From a virus (Duplodnaviria; Caudoviricetes): 64,000 nt of DNA. Shown here piece after piece: positions 1 to 10,385 of the stretch; the stretch's first letter is position 1, and the number at the start of each line of letters is the position of its first letter. The position numbers and the translations under genes are program-made. The DNA is taken from IMG/VR virus record IMGVR_UViG_2873737359_000001, positions 113,487 through 177,486 of that record; one strand, 5' to 3'. The notes beneath the pieces were generated by a model, which saw only the letters and a list, made by a program, of their open reading frames with translations, was not told the origin of the DNA and did not search any database.

Positions 1-2
1 TT

Positions 3-1730
3 AACAACTATTGGACCTATATTGCTTCAGGCTCAGGCAGTCAGGCTGAACAAACCTTTACGACCCTTGAAAGAATTGCGAATGATAATATAGACACAAT
101 GCTTGGATCAACAGGATACATATTCAAGGCTGAAATTGAAATAAAGAATGCTGCGGGAGATGGTTTCAGCCACTCTTCTAATGGATTTTCATATAGTCTT
201 TATAATGGCGCATTTACTCAAACACTCAATAGTAATATAGATAAAAAAAGAGGTATGCGTGGTAATGTAATATTTGATGAATGTGGATGGCTTTCTGATG
301 AAATGCTTCAAACATATGGTGCATTCGCAATCGTCAATAAAAGTTTCAAATCTGGAAAAGACCGTGATGGTAATTCTATTGATATTAATCGTCTCAGATG
401 TATTCCATCAAATATCCCTAACCAATTATTTTATATATCTTCTGCTTCTTCTACTGATACAGAGTTTTACAAGTTATATCGCGATTTCAGTAAACGACAA
501 CTTATGGGAGATCCAGATTATTTTGTAGCCCATATTGATTGCGAAGTTGCGTTTAAGCCTACCATTCGAGGACAGGTTATGGAGCCTCTTCTTACCCGAT
601 CCACAGTAGAAGCTGCTATGCGTTCTAATCCCGAAAAAGCTCGTCGTGAATATTATTGTGAATTTACTTCTGATGCCGGAGCGAATGCAATCATTCGTAG
701 GGGTGTTATTGCTAGAAATGAAGAAGTTCGTAAACCTATTTTATATAACGATACTGGCAAACGAAAAATAGTTATTGCATACGATCCAGCTCGTAGCAGA
801 GATAATTCTGTAATCCTTATTGCAGAAGTGTATGAAGACAAAGATCAAAATGGTGATAAAGAATACAGAATGCGACTGCTCAACTGTATTAATCTTATAG
901 ATATTAGTGCAAAACGTAAAAAGCCAATGCAAACTCCGGATCAGATTGATTATTTAAAAGAATTAATTCTTGATTATAACCAAGGCGGCGATGATACATA
1001 TAGTAACATTTTAGGAATCTATATCGATGCCGGATCTGGTGGAGGCGGAGTTAATATTGCCGATTATCTTATGCCAGATTGGAAAGGAAAAGATGGAAAA
1101 ATACACAGAGGGCTTATAGATAAAGAATATTCTGAAGAGTATATAAAAAAATTCCCGAATGCAGTAAATAAAATACATCTTATGTCTCCTACCCAATATA
1201 AATCTGAAATGTATGAGGCAATGATTGAACTTATGAACCAAGATAAGATAAATTTTACTGCTTCTTATGATGGAAAAGGTTATATTACTATGTTTGATAT
1301 TGACAAAGAAAAGTACAACAAAACAAAAGCGGATCTTATTGCAAAATACAAAAAACAAAAATTATCTCAAGAAGAAATTGAAGAAAATGTGCAAAAAGAT
1401 CTTGATAATTTACAGAATGTCAAAAGTCGTATTGAAAAATTAAATTGGCAAGAGCAAATTGCACTTGCTAGTATTGACGCTTTAAAAGAAGAACTTGTAA
1501 ATATGATACGTATTAAAAGAGAATCCGGAAAAGATTCTTTTGAAATATGCCCTGAAAAACGAAACAAATTACATGATGACCGAGCTTATGTAATGTGTAT
1601 GGCATCTTACGCTCTTCAATGTGAGCGAAGAAAATATATTACTTCAAAACATAAACCCAAAACAGATATTTCATTAGTGCAATCTCTCACCATCCGTAGA
1701 GGGAAATTGCATTCTATATTTGATGAATAG
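3..1730 (+). CDS. terL: Terminase large subunit (5'-truncated by window edge)
   Basis: Frame is open from base 3 (NNYWTYIASGSGSQ...). Walker B VIFDECGW, coupling motif ISSA, nuclease motifs AYDPA, IDAG and HDDRAY. Directly upstream of portal. Confidence 0.9.
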   Translation, partial: NNYWTYIASGSGSQAEQTFTTLERIANDNIDTMLGSTGYIFKAEIEIKNAAGDGFSHSSNGFSYSLYNGAFTQTLNSNIDKKRGMRGNVIFDECGWLSDEMLQTYGAFAIVNKSFKSGKDRDGNSIDINRLRCIPSNIPNQLFYISSASSTDTEFYKLYRDFSKRQLMGDPDYFVAHIDCEVAFKPTIRGQVMEPLLTRSTVEAAMRSNPEKARREYYCEFTSDAGANAIIRRGVIARNEEVRKPILYNDTGKRKIVIAYDPARSRDNSVILIAEVYEDKDQNGDKEYRMRLLNCINLIDISAKRKKPMQTPDQIDYLKELILDYNQGGDDTYSNILGIYIDAGSGGGGVNIADYLMPDWKGKDGKIHRGLIDKEYSEEYIKKFPNAVNKIHLMSPTQYKSEMYEAMIELMNQDKINFTASYDGKGYITMFDIDKEKYNKTKADLIAKYKKQKLSQEEIEENVQKDLDNLQNVKSRIEKLNWQEQIALASIDALKEELVNMIRIKRESGKDSFEICPEKRNKLHDDRAYVMCMASYALQCERRKYITSKHKPKTDISLVQSLTIRRGKLHSIFDE

Positions 1731-1742
1731 GAGGTGCTGAAT

Positions 1743-3320
1743 TTGGCCCAACGAAAGAAAAATAATGTCAATACTACAAAGGTGCCGACAGCAAAAGCTA
1801 TTGAGCCAGCACCTACTTCTCAAAGTACTGCTTCTGAATTAAGAAATTGGTATCAGAAAAATAAAAAAAGTATTGAAAACTATGCTCAAGCAATGGAAGG
1901 GGCAAAATCTCTCCGAGATATTACTAAGACAAGTACTAAGACAGTAACTGCATTTAACAAAGATAGTCTTAGGTCTTATCTACAGAATATTGGTAGTAAC
2001 GAAAAAAATCTCAGAAGCTTATCTAGGTATCTTTATTATAGATGCCATCCTTATTATAGATTGATAGCATATAATGCGAATATGTTTTGTCTCGATGCAC
2101 GATCTGTAATTCCTGAATATGATTTAGTAGCTGGCGGTGATGCAAACGCGATGCTCTCTTCTTATCAGGATACATTAAATGTATTAGATAAATTGAACCT
2201 TCAATATGAATTTTTAAAAATTTATATGATCTGTTTTAGAGAAGACGTATTTTATGGATGTGCTTATTATGACGAAACGGGCATGTTCATTCTTCCACTT
2301 GATCCAGATTATTGTAAAATCTCCGGTATTTATAGTACTGGGGATTTTTCTTTTGCAATGGATATGTCTTATTTTAGATCTAGGCAGACAATACTAGAAT
2401 TATGGGGCGAACCATTCCAGTCTATGTATAGAGCATATGAAAATGATACAACCAACGGTAAGTGGCAGCCTATGCCGGATGAATATGCCGTATGTCTTAA
2501 AACTCGTGCCGAGGATTGGGAAACTGTAGTTCCACCGTTTTCTGGACTTTTGTCTGGAATTATCAATCTTATTGATCTGGATGATATTCAGGCCATTGCA
2601 GATAAACAAGACATTTATAAAATGATATGGCTTGAATTAGAAACTATAACCGGAAGTGATTCTGTAGATGATTGGAAAATTACTCCAGATATTGTTATTG
2701 AGTATTTTAACCGGATGATCAATGAAGCTCTTCCCGATTATACTTCTGCCGCTATCATCCCGGGAAAGCTTGATCAGGTTACATTTAATAATGATAGAGC
2801 TACGGATACAAATAAAATAGCCAAGTCTACAGAAACATTTTTTAACAGTTCTGGAGGCGCACAGATATTGAATAGTGCGTCAATCAGCGGAACAACCGCT
2901 TTCTCAGCTGCTGTTCAAGCAGATACAGAAATGGCTATTTCGATGCTTCTTCCTCAAACACAAGGATGGGTCAATAGATTCTTGTCTTATTGGGTATCTA
3001 ATCCTTCTAAAGTGAAGTTTTTTGAGGTAAGTGCATATACAAAAGAAGAATTTAAGAAAACATTATTGGAAGCAGCAACCAGTGGACTTCCTACCAAACT
3101 TGCTTATAATACTTTAAATCAATTCTCTGAGAAAGACACTTTGGCTCTTAATTACTTAGAAGAACAAATTCTTGGTATAACCAAACTATTTGTTCCGCTT
3201 CAGACATCATATACTCAATCAGGATCTTCGGATACAGGTGGAGCACCTACTAAAGATGATTCAGAGATTACAGATGATGGCGATGCTAGTAGAGATAAAA
3301 CAGACAAGGCCAATGGCTAA
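1743..3320 (+). CDS. Portal protein
   Basis: ~525 aa immediately after terL. AGGAGGTG RBS favours TTG at 1743 over the ORF-track start at 1734. Confidence 0.8.
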   Translation: MAQRKKNNVNTTKVPTAKAIEPAPTSQSTASELRNWYQKNKKSIENYAQAMEGAKSLRDITKTSTKTVTAFNKDSLRSYLQNIGSNEKNLRSLSRYLYYRCHPYYRLIAYNANMFCLDARSVIPEYDLVAGGDANAMLSSYQDTLNVLDKLNLQYEFLKIYMICFREDVFYGCAYYDETGMFILPLDPDYCKISGIYSTGDFSFAMDMSYFRSRQTILELWGEPFQSMYRAYENDTTNGKWQPMPDEYAVCLKTRAEDWETVVPPFSGLLSGIINLIDLDDIQAIADKQDIYKMIWLELETITGSDSVDDWKITPDIVIEYFNRMINEALPDYTSAAIIPGKLDQVTFNNDRATDTNKIAKSTETFFNSSGGAQILNSASISGTTAFSAAVQADTEMAISMLLPQTQGWVNRFLSYWVSNPSKVKFFEVSAYTKEEFKKTLLEAATSGLPTKLAYNTLNQFSEKDTLALNYLEEQILGITKLFVPLQTSYTQSGSSDTGGAPTKDDSEITDDGDASRDKTDKANG

Positions 3321-3323
3321 TAG

Positions 3324-3512
3324 GTGAACATTATGATTGATAACAATTCAAAATTTATAATTACAACAAATGAAGAGTCCGCTGCACTTTTAATTAAGAC
3401 TGGTTTTAAATTAATGAATCAGCAAGGGAAGCAGTGGATTTTTATGAATGATAATAAAATGCTTTTTAATAATTTGAGTGATCTCGTTTATACAGATAAG
3501 CTATTTATTTAA
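3324..3512 (+). CDS. Small hypothetical phage protein
   Basis: Fills the gap in the operon; ATG at 3333 follows AGGTG. Confidence 0.6.
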   Translation: MNIMIDNNSKFIITTNEESAALLIKTGFKLMNQQGKQWIFMNDNKMLFNNLSDLVYTDKLFI

Positions 3513-3557
3513 ACAGCTCCTCTTCTATTGAGGGGACTCTCAAGGAAAGGAGGAACA

Positions 3558-5141
3558 ATGGCAAAAATACATAAAATTTTGACATTAGATCAGTTAATAA
3601 AATTCTGTGAAGATAATAAATTCTATAATTTCAATTCTAAAGATTCTGGGTATACTCTTTCAGTTCAAATTCCTGGACAACTTTCATTCGATTCAGATTC
3701 AACACAAGGACTTTTATTTACAAAAGTGAAAACTTGCCACACATTACTTAACAGAAACGGTAGTTATGTTTCTGAGGATAATATGAAAAATGCAATGCCG
3801 TCATTAAAATATCGTCCACTTTTAGGTTATATTCATCAGCTTGATTCTGGGGAATATGACTTTCATACACATGACATTGAAGTAGAGCAAGACGAAGATG
3901 GTAATGATTATTTGGTGTATGCGGAGAAGCAGATTGGTACTTTTACAGCTGACGAACCATATCTCGAATATGATAAAGACATGGATAAAACATATGTTAT
4001 TGCTACCGCCGCTATACCGGAAGATTATACAATGGCTGCAGATATTATTCGTAGAAAAAATGGTACAAAAGTAAGCTGCGAGCTATGTATTAACTCAATG
4101 TCTTATAATGCGAAAGAAAAGTATCTTGAATTAGAAGATTTTTACTTTTCAGGCGTTACTTGTTTAGGATCTGAAAAAGACGGAACTGAAATTGGAGAAG
4201 GTATGCTTGGCAGCAGACTTGATATTCAGGATTTTAGCACAGAAAACAATTCAATTTGTGCTAAATATGAACAATTAAATGAAGATAAATTGATTGAAAC
4301 ATTAGAGAAATTAAACACTACCATCTCTAATTTCAATATAAATAATGCTGATGGAAAGGAGGATAATCAGGTGAATAAATTTGAGGAACTTTTAAAGAAA
4401 TATAACAAAACAGTTAATGATATTACTTTTACATATGAAGGACTTTCAGATGAGGATCTGGAATCAGCTTTTGCAGAAGCATTTGAAGAAAGTGATCCAG
4501 AGCCAGATGGTAATACCGAACCAGATCTTGAAGTTTTTGTAAAATCTTTTGAACTTTCACATAGCGATATTCGTTATGCTCTTTATAATCTTTTAGGAGC
4601 GTATGAAGAAGCAGACAATGAATGGTATTACATTAATTCTGTTTATGATACACATTTTACATATGAGAATTGGGACGGAGATAAAATCTACGGTCAGAAT
4701 TATACAAAAGATGGTGATAATGTATCATTTGATGGAGAAAGATATAACCTACATCGTGAACTTTTAACTGATTCAGAGTATTCCGAACTGCAGAATATGC
4801 GTTCTAATTATGCTGCTATTTATGAAAAACTGCAGAAATATGAGAAGGCTGAAGAAGATGCGAATAAGGATGCTTTATTTGTTTCTGATGAGTATAAGGC
4901 TATCAATGATGCAAAAGAATTTGCAGAATTAAAAGAAAATCATTCAGAGTTTTCAGTAGAACAGGTAAAAGAAAAACTTGATTCAATTTTATTATCTTAT
5001 GCCAAATCTGGCAAATTAAATTTCTCAACAATTGAAGAAAAAGAACCAGAAAAGAAAACAGTTGGAAAACACAATCTTGGATCTCCGGCTGCAACTAAAA
5101 AGAGAAATAAATATGGTTCGCTATTTTCAAGTAAAAATTAA
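3558..5141 (+). CDS. Prohead protease / scaffold fusion
   Basis: AAGGAGG RBS before ATG 3558. N-terminal region with HTLLNRNGS and KVSCEL protease-like motifs, acidic coiled-coil C-terminus. Lies between portal and capsid genes. Confidence 0.7.
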   Translation: MAKIHKILTLDQLIKFCEDNKFYNFNSKDSGYTLSVQIPGQLSFDSDSTQGLLFTKVKTCHTLLNRNGSYVSEDNMKNAMPSLKYRPLLGYIHQLDSGEYDFHTHDIEVEQDEDGNDYLVYAEKQIGTFTADEPYLEYDKDMDKTYVIATAAIPEDYTMAADIIRRKNGTKVSCELCINSMSYNAKEKYLELEDFYFSGVTCLGSEKDGTEIGEGMLGSRLDIQDFSTENNSICAKYEQLNEDKLIETLEKLNTTISNFNINNADGKEDNQVNKFEELLKKYNKTVNDITFTYEGLSDEDLESAFAEAFEESDPEPDGNTEPDLEVFVKSFELSHSDIRYALYNLLGAYEEADNEWYYINSVYDTHFTYENWDGDKIYGQNYTKDGDNVSFDGERYNLHRELLTDSEYSELQNMRSNYAAIYEKLQKYEKAEEDANKDALFVSDEYKAINDAKEFAELKENHSEFSVEQVKEKLDSILLSYAKSGKLNFSTIEEKEPEKKTVGKHNLGSPAATKKRNKYGSLFSSKN

Positions 5142-5165
5142 TTAAATAAGTACAAAGACAAAATG

Positions 5166-5188
5166 GAGCTGGTAACAGCTCTTTTTAT
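5166..5188 (+). terminator. Intrinsic terminator-like hairpin
   Basis: GAGCTG-GTAA-CAGCTC followed by TTTTT. Confidence 0.6.
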
Positions 5189-5220
5189 TATCCAAAAATA
5201 TATGAAAGGAGCTTAATAAA

Positions 5221-5685
5221 ATGGCAATTCGTTATAATATCGAAACTCATGCTGTAGCATTCCCATCTAAGCTTTTAGCTCAGAATGGCGGAAAGCACAT
5301 TTATAATATCGAGCTTACTACAGATACAGATAACGGTAATCTTGTAGCTCGTGGCGAATTCGAAGATCTTGATCTTTATAAAGAAGCCGCTGTAACAAAA
5401 TTTGAAGGAAAGGTTCAGAAACAGGCTACTAACGGACATTGGTATGTCGAGGTAGTAGATCCGGGCGACGCTCTGTTTGTTTATATGCAGGCATTTATTG
5501 CTGAGGATTGGACAAATAAGTGGAAGAAAGAATCTAATTTCTTCAATGCAAAAGGTGACGTAGTTCGTGGATATGAGCTTGCTGTTGGTGATGTTTTTGA
5601 GGTATCCGAAGAGGGATTCGATGGAGATATTACCAAAGGTGCAAAAGTTGTTTGTGAAAATAAGAAATTAAAGATTAGTGCGTAA
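5221..5685 (+). CDS. Capsid decoration / head stabilising protein
   Basis: 154 aa, strong RBS, directly upstream of the major capsid gene. Confidence 0.55.
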   Translation: MAIRYNIETHAVAFPSKLLAQNGGKHIYNIELTTDTDNGNLVARGEFEDLDLYKEAAVTKFEGKVQKQATNGHWYVEVVDPGDALFVYMQAFIAEDWTNKWKKESNFFNAKGDVVRGYELAVGDVFEVSEEGFDGDITKGAKVVCENKKLKISA

Positions 5686-5709
5686 TTAGGAAAGGAGGGA
5701 AAATATACG

Positions 5710-6846
5710 ATGAGAAAAATGTTATTTAGTGATTTAAGTATGCATGTACAGACTGTATTTGCAAATCTATGTGAAGACGGTGTAACACCGGAGGAAAATT
5801 ATGAAGGATTCAAGAAACTTACATATGATCTGAATCATAATCCAAATGAGATTTATGACGAAGAAGGAAATAAGATTTCTAAGAAAGAAGCTGATGATGC
5901 AGTTCGTAAATTCGTATTTGCGATTATGGGATTGAATGAGCATTCAACAAAACGTGATAGAAAACGTGCTATGGATAGACATGGCATTGAGCTGTTTGAA
6001 GTTATGGAAGAAGAAATCGATATTAAAGTTGAAACAGGCTTTAGAGAGTCTGAATTCTTTAATAACTATGTTGAGCAGCGAAATCTTTCTCGTGGAGATT
6101 CACAGGAATTCTGGACAAACGAAAAAGTCATTCTTTCTGTTACTAAAATCTCTGGCGATCATCATGACTTTACACTCCAGAGACTGGGTTCTGGAGAATC
6201 TTATACAGTAACAACATCTGTATATGGTATCGCTGTTGGTGCTGATATTGACTTATATCTTGCAGGAAGATATGACTGGGCTAAACTGACTGATCAGTGT
6301 GCTGCTGCTTTTGTAAGAAAAGTTCAGAATGACATCTATGCTGAAATGATGAATGCAGGAAAGAAACTTCCGGCTCAGTTCCAGGGAACAGGTGCTCTTT
6401 CTACTACTACAAAGGACAAACTTGATACTCTTCTTGAGGATGTATCTCTCGCAAACGATGGTGCTCAGGTAGTAATCATGGGAACAAGAACTGGACTTCA
6501 GCAGTTCCAGAAGCTAATGGATGTTGATTGGATCACAGACGATCAGAAGCGTGACGTTGCTACAATGGGACGCCTTGGTTATTATGGTCCGTATACTCTT
6601 GTAGAGCTGCCACAGAGATTCGCTCTCAATGATACTACAAAGAAACTGTTAGATCCGAAGACTCTGTTCATTATGCCGCAGGTTGAAGATAAATTCATCA
6701 AATTTGTTGATGTAGGCGAAACTGAAATTTATGAGGTAAATGAGAAAGGTGCTCGTATGGATGACACAATGAAGTACGAAGTACAGAGAGCTATGGGTGT
6801 TGGCGTACAGATCGGACGTTATTTTGGCGTTTGGACCTTAGCATAG
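5710..6846 (+). CDS. Major capsid protein
   Basis: 378 aa, strong AAGGAGG RBS, codon usage of a highly expressed gene, position after scaffold and decoration genes. Confidence 0.85.
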   Translation: MRKMLFSDLSMHVQTVFANLCEDGVTPEENYEGFKKLTYDLNHNPNEIYDEEGNKISKKEADDAVRKFVFAIMGLNEHSTKRDRKRAMDRHGIELFEVMEEEIDIKVETGFRESEFFNNYVEQRNLSRGDSQEFWTNEKVILSVTKISGDHHDFTLQRLGSGESYTVTTSVYGIAVGADIDLYLAGRYDWAKLTDQCAAAFVRKVQNDIYAEMMNAGKKLPAQFQGTGALSTTTKDKLDTLLEDVSLANDGAQVVIMGTRTGLQQFQKLMDVDWITDDQKRDVATMGRLGYYGPYTLVELPQRFALNDTTKKLLDPKTLFIMPQVEDKFIKFVDVGETEIYEVNEKGARMDDTMKYEVQRAMGVGVQIGRYFGVWTLA

Positions 6847-6894
6847 TCATAAAATATATATTTTTTTAACGTTTTTTGTATACAGTATATTGTA

Positions 6895-6932
6895 TGTTCT
6901 TGCATATCTTTTTAGATGTGCAAGAACTTTTT
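6895..6932 (+). terminator. Intrinsic terminator after capsid gene
   Basis: GTTCTTGCATATCT / AGATGTGCAAGAAC stem followed by a T run. Confidence 0.7.
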
Positions 6933-6953
6933 GAATAAAAGGAGAATTTAATA

Positions 6954-7532
6954 ATGGCAACAGCAACAAAAAATAGCAAAGCAACTACTTCTGCTACTGC
7001 GGCTAGTTCGGCAGAAAATACTGCTGAGGTTAAGGCAGAAATAAAAACAGAAGTAAAGAAAGAAAAAAGAAAATATGAACAGTCCGAGGGAATTCTCTGC
7101 AAGTCTATTACTTCTGGAGGACTTTATATGCCAGGATTGAAATCCAATATTTTATACACCTGGATCGACAGTGGTGATCAGATCGAAGTTGAATATCAGG
7201 ATCTTCTTGCTGCAATCCGTTCAAACAATAGTTATGTTATGAGACCGTTCTTTGTTATTGAAGATGAAGAGTTCGTATCACAGTTTCCACAGCTTAAGAA
7301 GCTTTATGACAAGCTTTATTCCGTTGGAGAACTTAAAGATGTTATTACTGATTTAAGTCCGGCAGATATGAAGGCTACTATTCTGTCACTTCCACAGGGA
7401 GCACAGGATTCTATTAAGCATATTGCATCTAAGATGGTTTCTGATGGGACTCTTGATAGCGTCAGAAAAATTAAAATTCTTGATGAAATCTTCGATACAG
7501 AAATGAGTGTAATGACAGGACTATTTGATTAA
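6954..7532 (+). CDS. Hypothetical head-associated protein
   Basis: RBS AAGGAG, operon position. Confidence 0.65.
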   Translation: MATATKNSKATTSATAASSAENTAEVKAEIKTEVKKEKRKYEQSEGILCKSITSGGLYMPGLKSNILYTWIDSGDQIEVEYQDLLAAIRSNNSYVMRPFFVIEDEEFVSQFPQLKKLYDKLYSVGELKDVITDLSPADMKATILSLPQGAQDSIKHIASKMVSDGTLDSVRKIKILDEIFDTEMSVMTGLFD

Positions 7533-7549
7533 TAGTTAGGAGGTATCAT

Positions 7550-8014
7550 ATGCCTTCAATTAATTACGAAGAAATATATTCTAAATTTCGTCTTAAAGCC
7601 GATGCATATGATTTACTTGATCTTCGCGAAGATGATGTAAATATGTTTATGTGCGAATGGCTTCATTCTTCTATCCAAAAACCTTATATTTATAGATTGT
7701 TTAACCAAGTTGAATTTCACGATGATATTCAAAAGCTAGAGTATTCAATGAAATATGTTGTTGAGAAATATTTTGATCAAGGATTTGTCTCAGATATTTT
7801 AGGCATCGGTATGGTTATTGAATGGATTACTCCCAAAATCGTTAATTTGAATAACATTGTGCAAGTATACGCCTCTTCTGATGAAAAATTTTACAGTCAG
7901 ACGAACCATTTAAATGGGCTTAAAGATCTAAGAGCATCTTTAGTGAAAGAGCAACAAGATATAATTAAGCAGCGTGGCTATATTTGGAATTCGTATTTGG
8001 AAAGTAATAGTTAA
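7550..8014 (+). CDS. Putative head-tail adaptor
   Basis: 154 aa helical protein in the connector position, AGGAGG RBS. Confidence 0.55.
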   Translation: MPSINYEEIYSKFRLKADAYDLLDLREDDVNMFMCEWLHSSIQKPYIYRLFNQVEFHDDIQKLEYSMKYVVEKYFDQGFVSDILGIGMVIEWITPKIVNLNNIVQVYASSDEKFYSQTNHLNGLKDLRASLVKEQQDIIKQRGYIWNSYLESNS

Positions 8015-8347
8015 ATGAAAACTATTTATGGTCATTTTGATGACAAACAATTTGAGAATTATAAGGTAAGGTTACATAAAGAATTATTTTGGTTACTTTT
8101 ATATAAAGATCCGAAAACAAAAGACGAATTTAATAACATTGATTTCGAAAAATATTTTATTAATTTGATGAAACGGATTGACGGATTAAATACACTTCTC
8201 TCCTATCCTGTTGAAATTATATCTATAATGTCAACTCTTCAGGCTGCTTTAAATGAAACACGAGAAGAAAATTTTGATTATCAATCTTACAGAAAATTAG
8301 TATTAGATGCACATTCGTTAGTAGATAAAATTAATGATAGGAGTTGA
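8015..8347 (+). CDS. Hypothetical phage protein
   Basis: Abuts both neighbouring genes (translational coupling). Confidence 0.65.
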   Translation: MKTIYGHFDDKQFENYKVRLHKELFWLLLYKDPKTKDEFNNIDFEKYFINLMKRIDGLNTLLSYPVEIISIMSTLQAALNETREENFDYQSYRKLVLDAHSLVDKINDRS

Positions 8348-8352
8348 TTTTA

Positions 8353-8868
8353 ATGATTACTGCCGACATGTACAGATCGCATCTTAATTCATATGGCAGT
8401 AATTTAGCACAGGTTAAACAAAGCCAATCTAATATGGTTGTAAATAGTGCCTTTACTGCGGATGCACAATATAAAAGAGTTTATATATTAACAAAAGATG
8501 GATGGAAATTCGAGGATGCAAAGTTTCAAAAGCACGCGAAATATTCTATTCTTAAAGATGCCGTTGATTATTACGTTCAGTTTCGCCCAAAAGTACATTA
8601 CTCTGTTGGTAGTTATCTTTTTATTCCGGACGATACTGCTCACGAAATTAATATTCACGGTAAAGACTTAGAACATCCATTATCGCTTCCAGAAGATCAA
8701 ATCACTCAATTGTGGTTTATAGTCGGTCGTGATTATGATCCATCTTTTGTTAGATATAATGTTTTGCAATGCAATTGGAAATTTAAATGGATATACAACA
8801 ATAAGTTATATACATGCTGGGGTGCGAATAGATCGGCCAACAGCTACACAAGCGGTAAATGGACAGAT
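8353..8868 (+). CDS. Putative head-closure/completion protein, exon 1
   Basis: AGGAG RBS then ATG 8353. Reads ...NSYTSGKWTD and then enters group I intron sequence. Junction uncertain by a few nt. Confidence 0.65.
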
Positions 8869-10385
8869 TTTGTATGGATTTTCTGTACATACATGGTCCG
8901 CTGTAAAGGGAAACCTTGACAGCGCATTCTTTCGGATATGCTGGAATTAGGCTGTACACATAGCCGTCCTAAAGCTTACTAAACTACAACATAATGATGG
9001 AATATGCATAAGTGTGAATGTCGCGAAAGCAGAAAAAATTAGTAAGATGGTATAAGCTGAAACAAAAGCTTTTATATAATAAAAGTGCTAAGTACTACTA
9101 CAATGGGAAATCAGCAGGGAATAGTTTAACTAGGCTTGCCCTCATCGACTATCGGTTGAAATACCGTTAGGGAGAAGTCTCCCGAAGTGAAAGACTCCTA
9201 AGTGCTTAATTGCATATGGTGAATGATATAGTCAGTGCTTACATGAAAGTGTAAGAAAAGTTGTTTATAAATTAATATTGAATATTAAGACCAGACAGCG
9301 GGTAGCTCCTGTTTTGTTATACCTCCTATATAACAATTATGGTCTTTTTATTATACATAAATTTAGGAGGAATTTTTATGTCAAAATTATCAGTACAAAA
9401 AATATTTGAAAAGCACGGAGACGAAATTATTAATCTTCGGAAAAATGGTATGCAGATGCAAGAAATTGGTGAAAAATTTAATTTGAAAACTCAAACTGTG
9501 AGCAGCTTTTTGCGAAGAAATAATATAAGAGTTCGCGGATTAAGGAATGAAGAAACAGAAAATAAGATAGTTCAATTATATAATGATGGAGTGTCTATGA
9601 GAGAAATTGCTTCAAATTTTCATTTTACACAAGGAACCGTCAGAGATATACTTGTTAATCATGATGTGCATATCAAAACTAATTCTGAATCACATAGGAT
9701 ATATGATATAAACGAAAATTATTTTAATCAAATAGATACGCCTAAAAAAGCTTATATTTTAGGATTACTATATGCAGACGGTAATAGAAGTAGCAGATCT
9801 AACACAATTTCAATTCGTCTTCAAGAAAGTGATAAAAACATTTTAGAAAATATTAAAAAAGAATTGAATGCAGAAGTGCCATTACGATTTATTGATTATT
9901 CTAATGATTCTAAAAGACAAAACCAGTTTCTACTAGCAATAAGTAATGAACAAATTGCAAAAGATTTATATAAATACGGCATTGTTCCAAGGAAAGAATT
10001 TAAATTAACCTTTCCTAATTGGTTAGATAATAATCTCCTATCTCACTTTATAAGAGGATATTTAGACGGTGATGGTTTTATTTCAAATAACCCGAAAGAA
10101 AAACGAGCCAATATTACCGGAACCGAAAATTTGTTACTTGGAATTAAAAATATTTTAGAAGAACAATTAAATATACATTTTAGTATATATTCACCTCATA
10201 ATAAAGATACTAATACTAGAACGTTAGCTGTAGCTGGAGGGAATCAAGTTAAAAAATTTTTGGACTACCTTTATAAAGATGCTGATTTATATATAGAAAG
10301 AAAATACGACAGATATTATAATATGTACTGTGCTTAATATAAACAATCCTTATTTAAAGTAACGAATTAAATAAGTAACATTCAG
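8869..10385 (+). ncRNA. Group I intron (IA2-like) with homing endonuclease in the P9 region
   Basis: P element ATATGCTGGAA (~8936), Q element AATCAGCAGG (~9109), P7 GACTAT 9147-9152 / ATAGTC 9228-9233, P7.1 and P7.2 hairpins, P9 GAAA hairpin. TTGTTTATA 9261-9269 / TATAAACAA 10338-10346 encloses the ORF. Ends in G at 10385. Confidence 0.85.
9378..10337 (+). CDS. LAGLIDADG homing endonuclease with N-terminal HTH repeats
   Basis: Motifs AYILGLLYADG and HFIRGYLDGDG; TAGGAGG RBS at 9364-9370. Confidence 0.9.
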   Translation: MSKLSVQKIFEKHGDEIINLRKNGMQMQEIGEKFNLKTQTVSSFLRRNNIRVRGLRNEETENKIVQLYNDGVSMREIASNFHFTQGTVRDILVNHDVHIKTNSESHRIYDINENYFNQIDTPKKAYILGLLYADGNRSSRSNTISIRLQESDKNILENIKKELNAEVPLRFIDYSNDSKRQNQFLLAISNEQIAKDLYKYGIVPRKEFKLTFPNWLDNNLLSHFIRGYLDGDGFISNNPKEKRANITGTENLLLGIKNILEEQLNIHFSIYSPHNKDTNTRTLAVAGGNQVKKFLDYLYKDADLYIERKYDRYYNMYCA

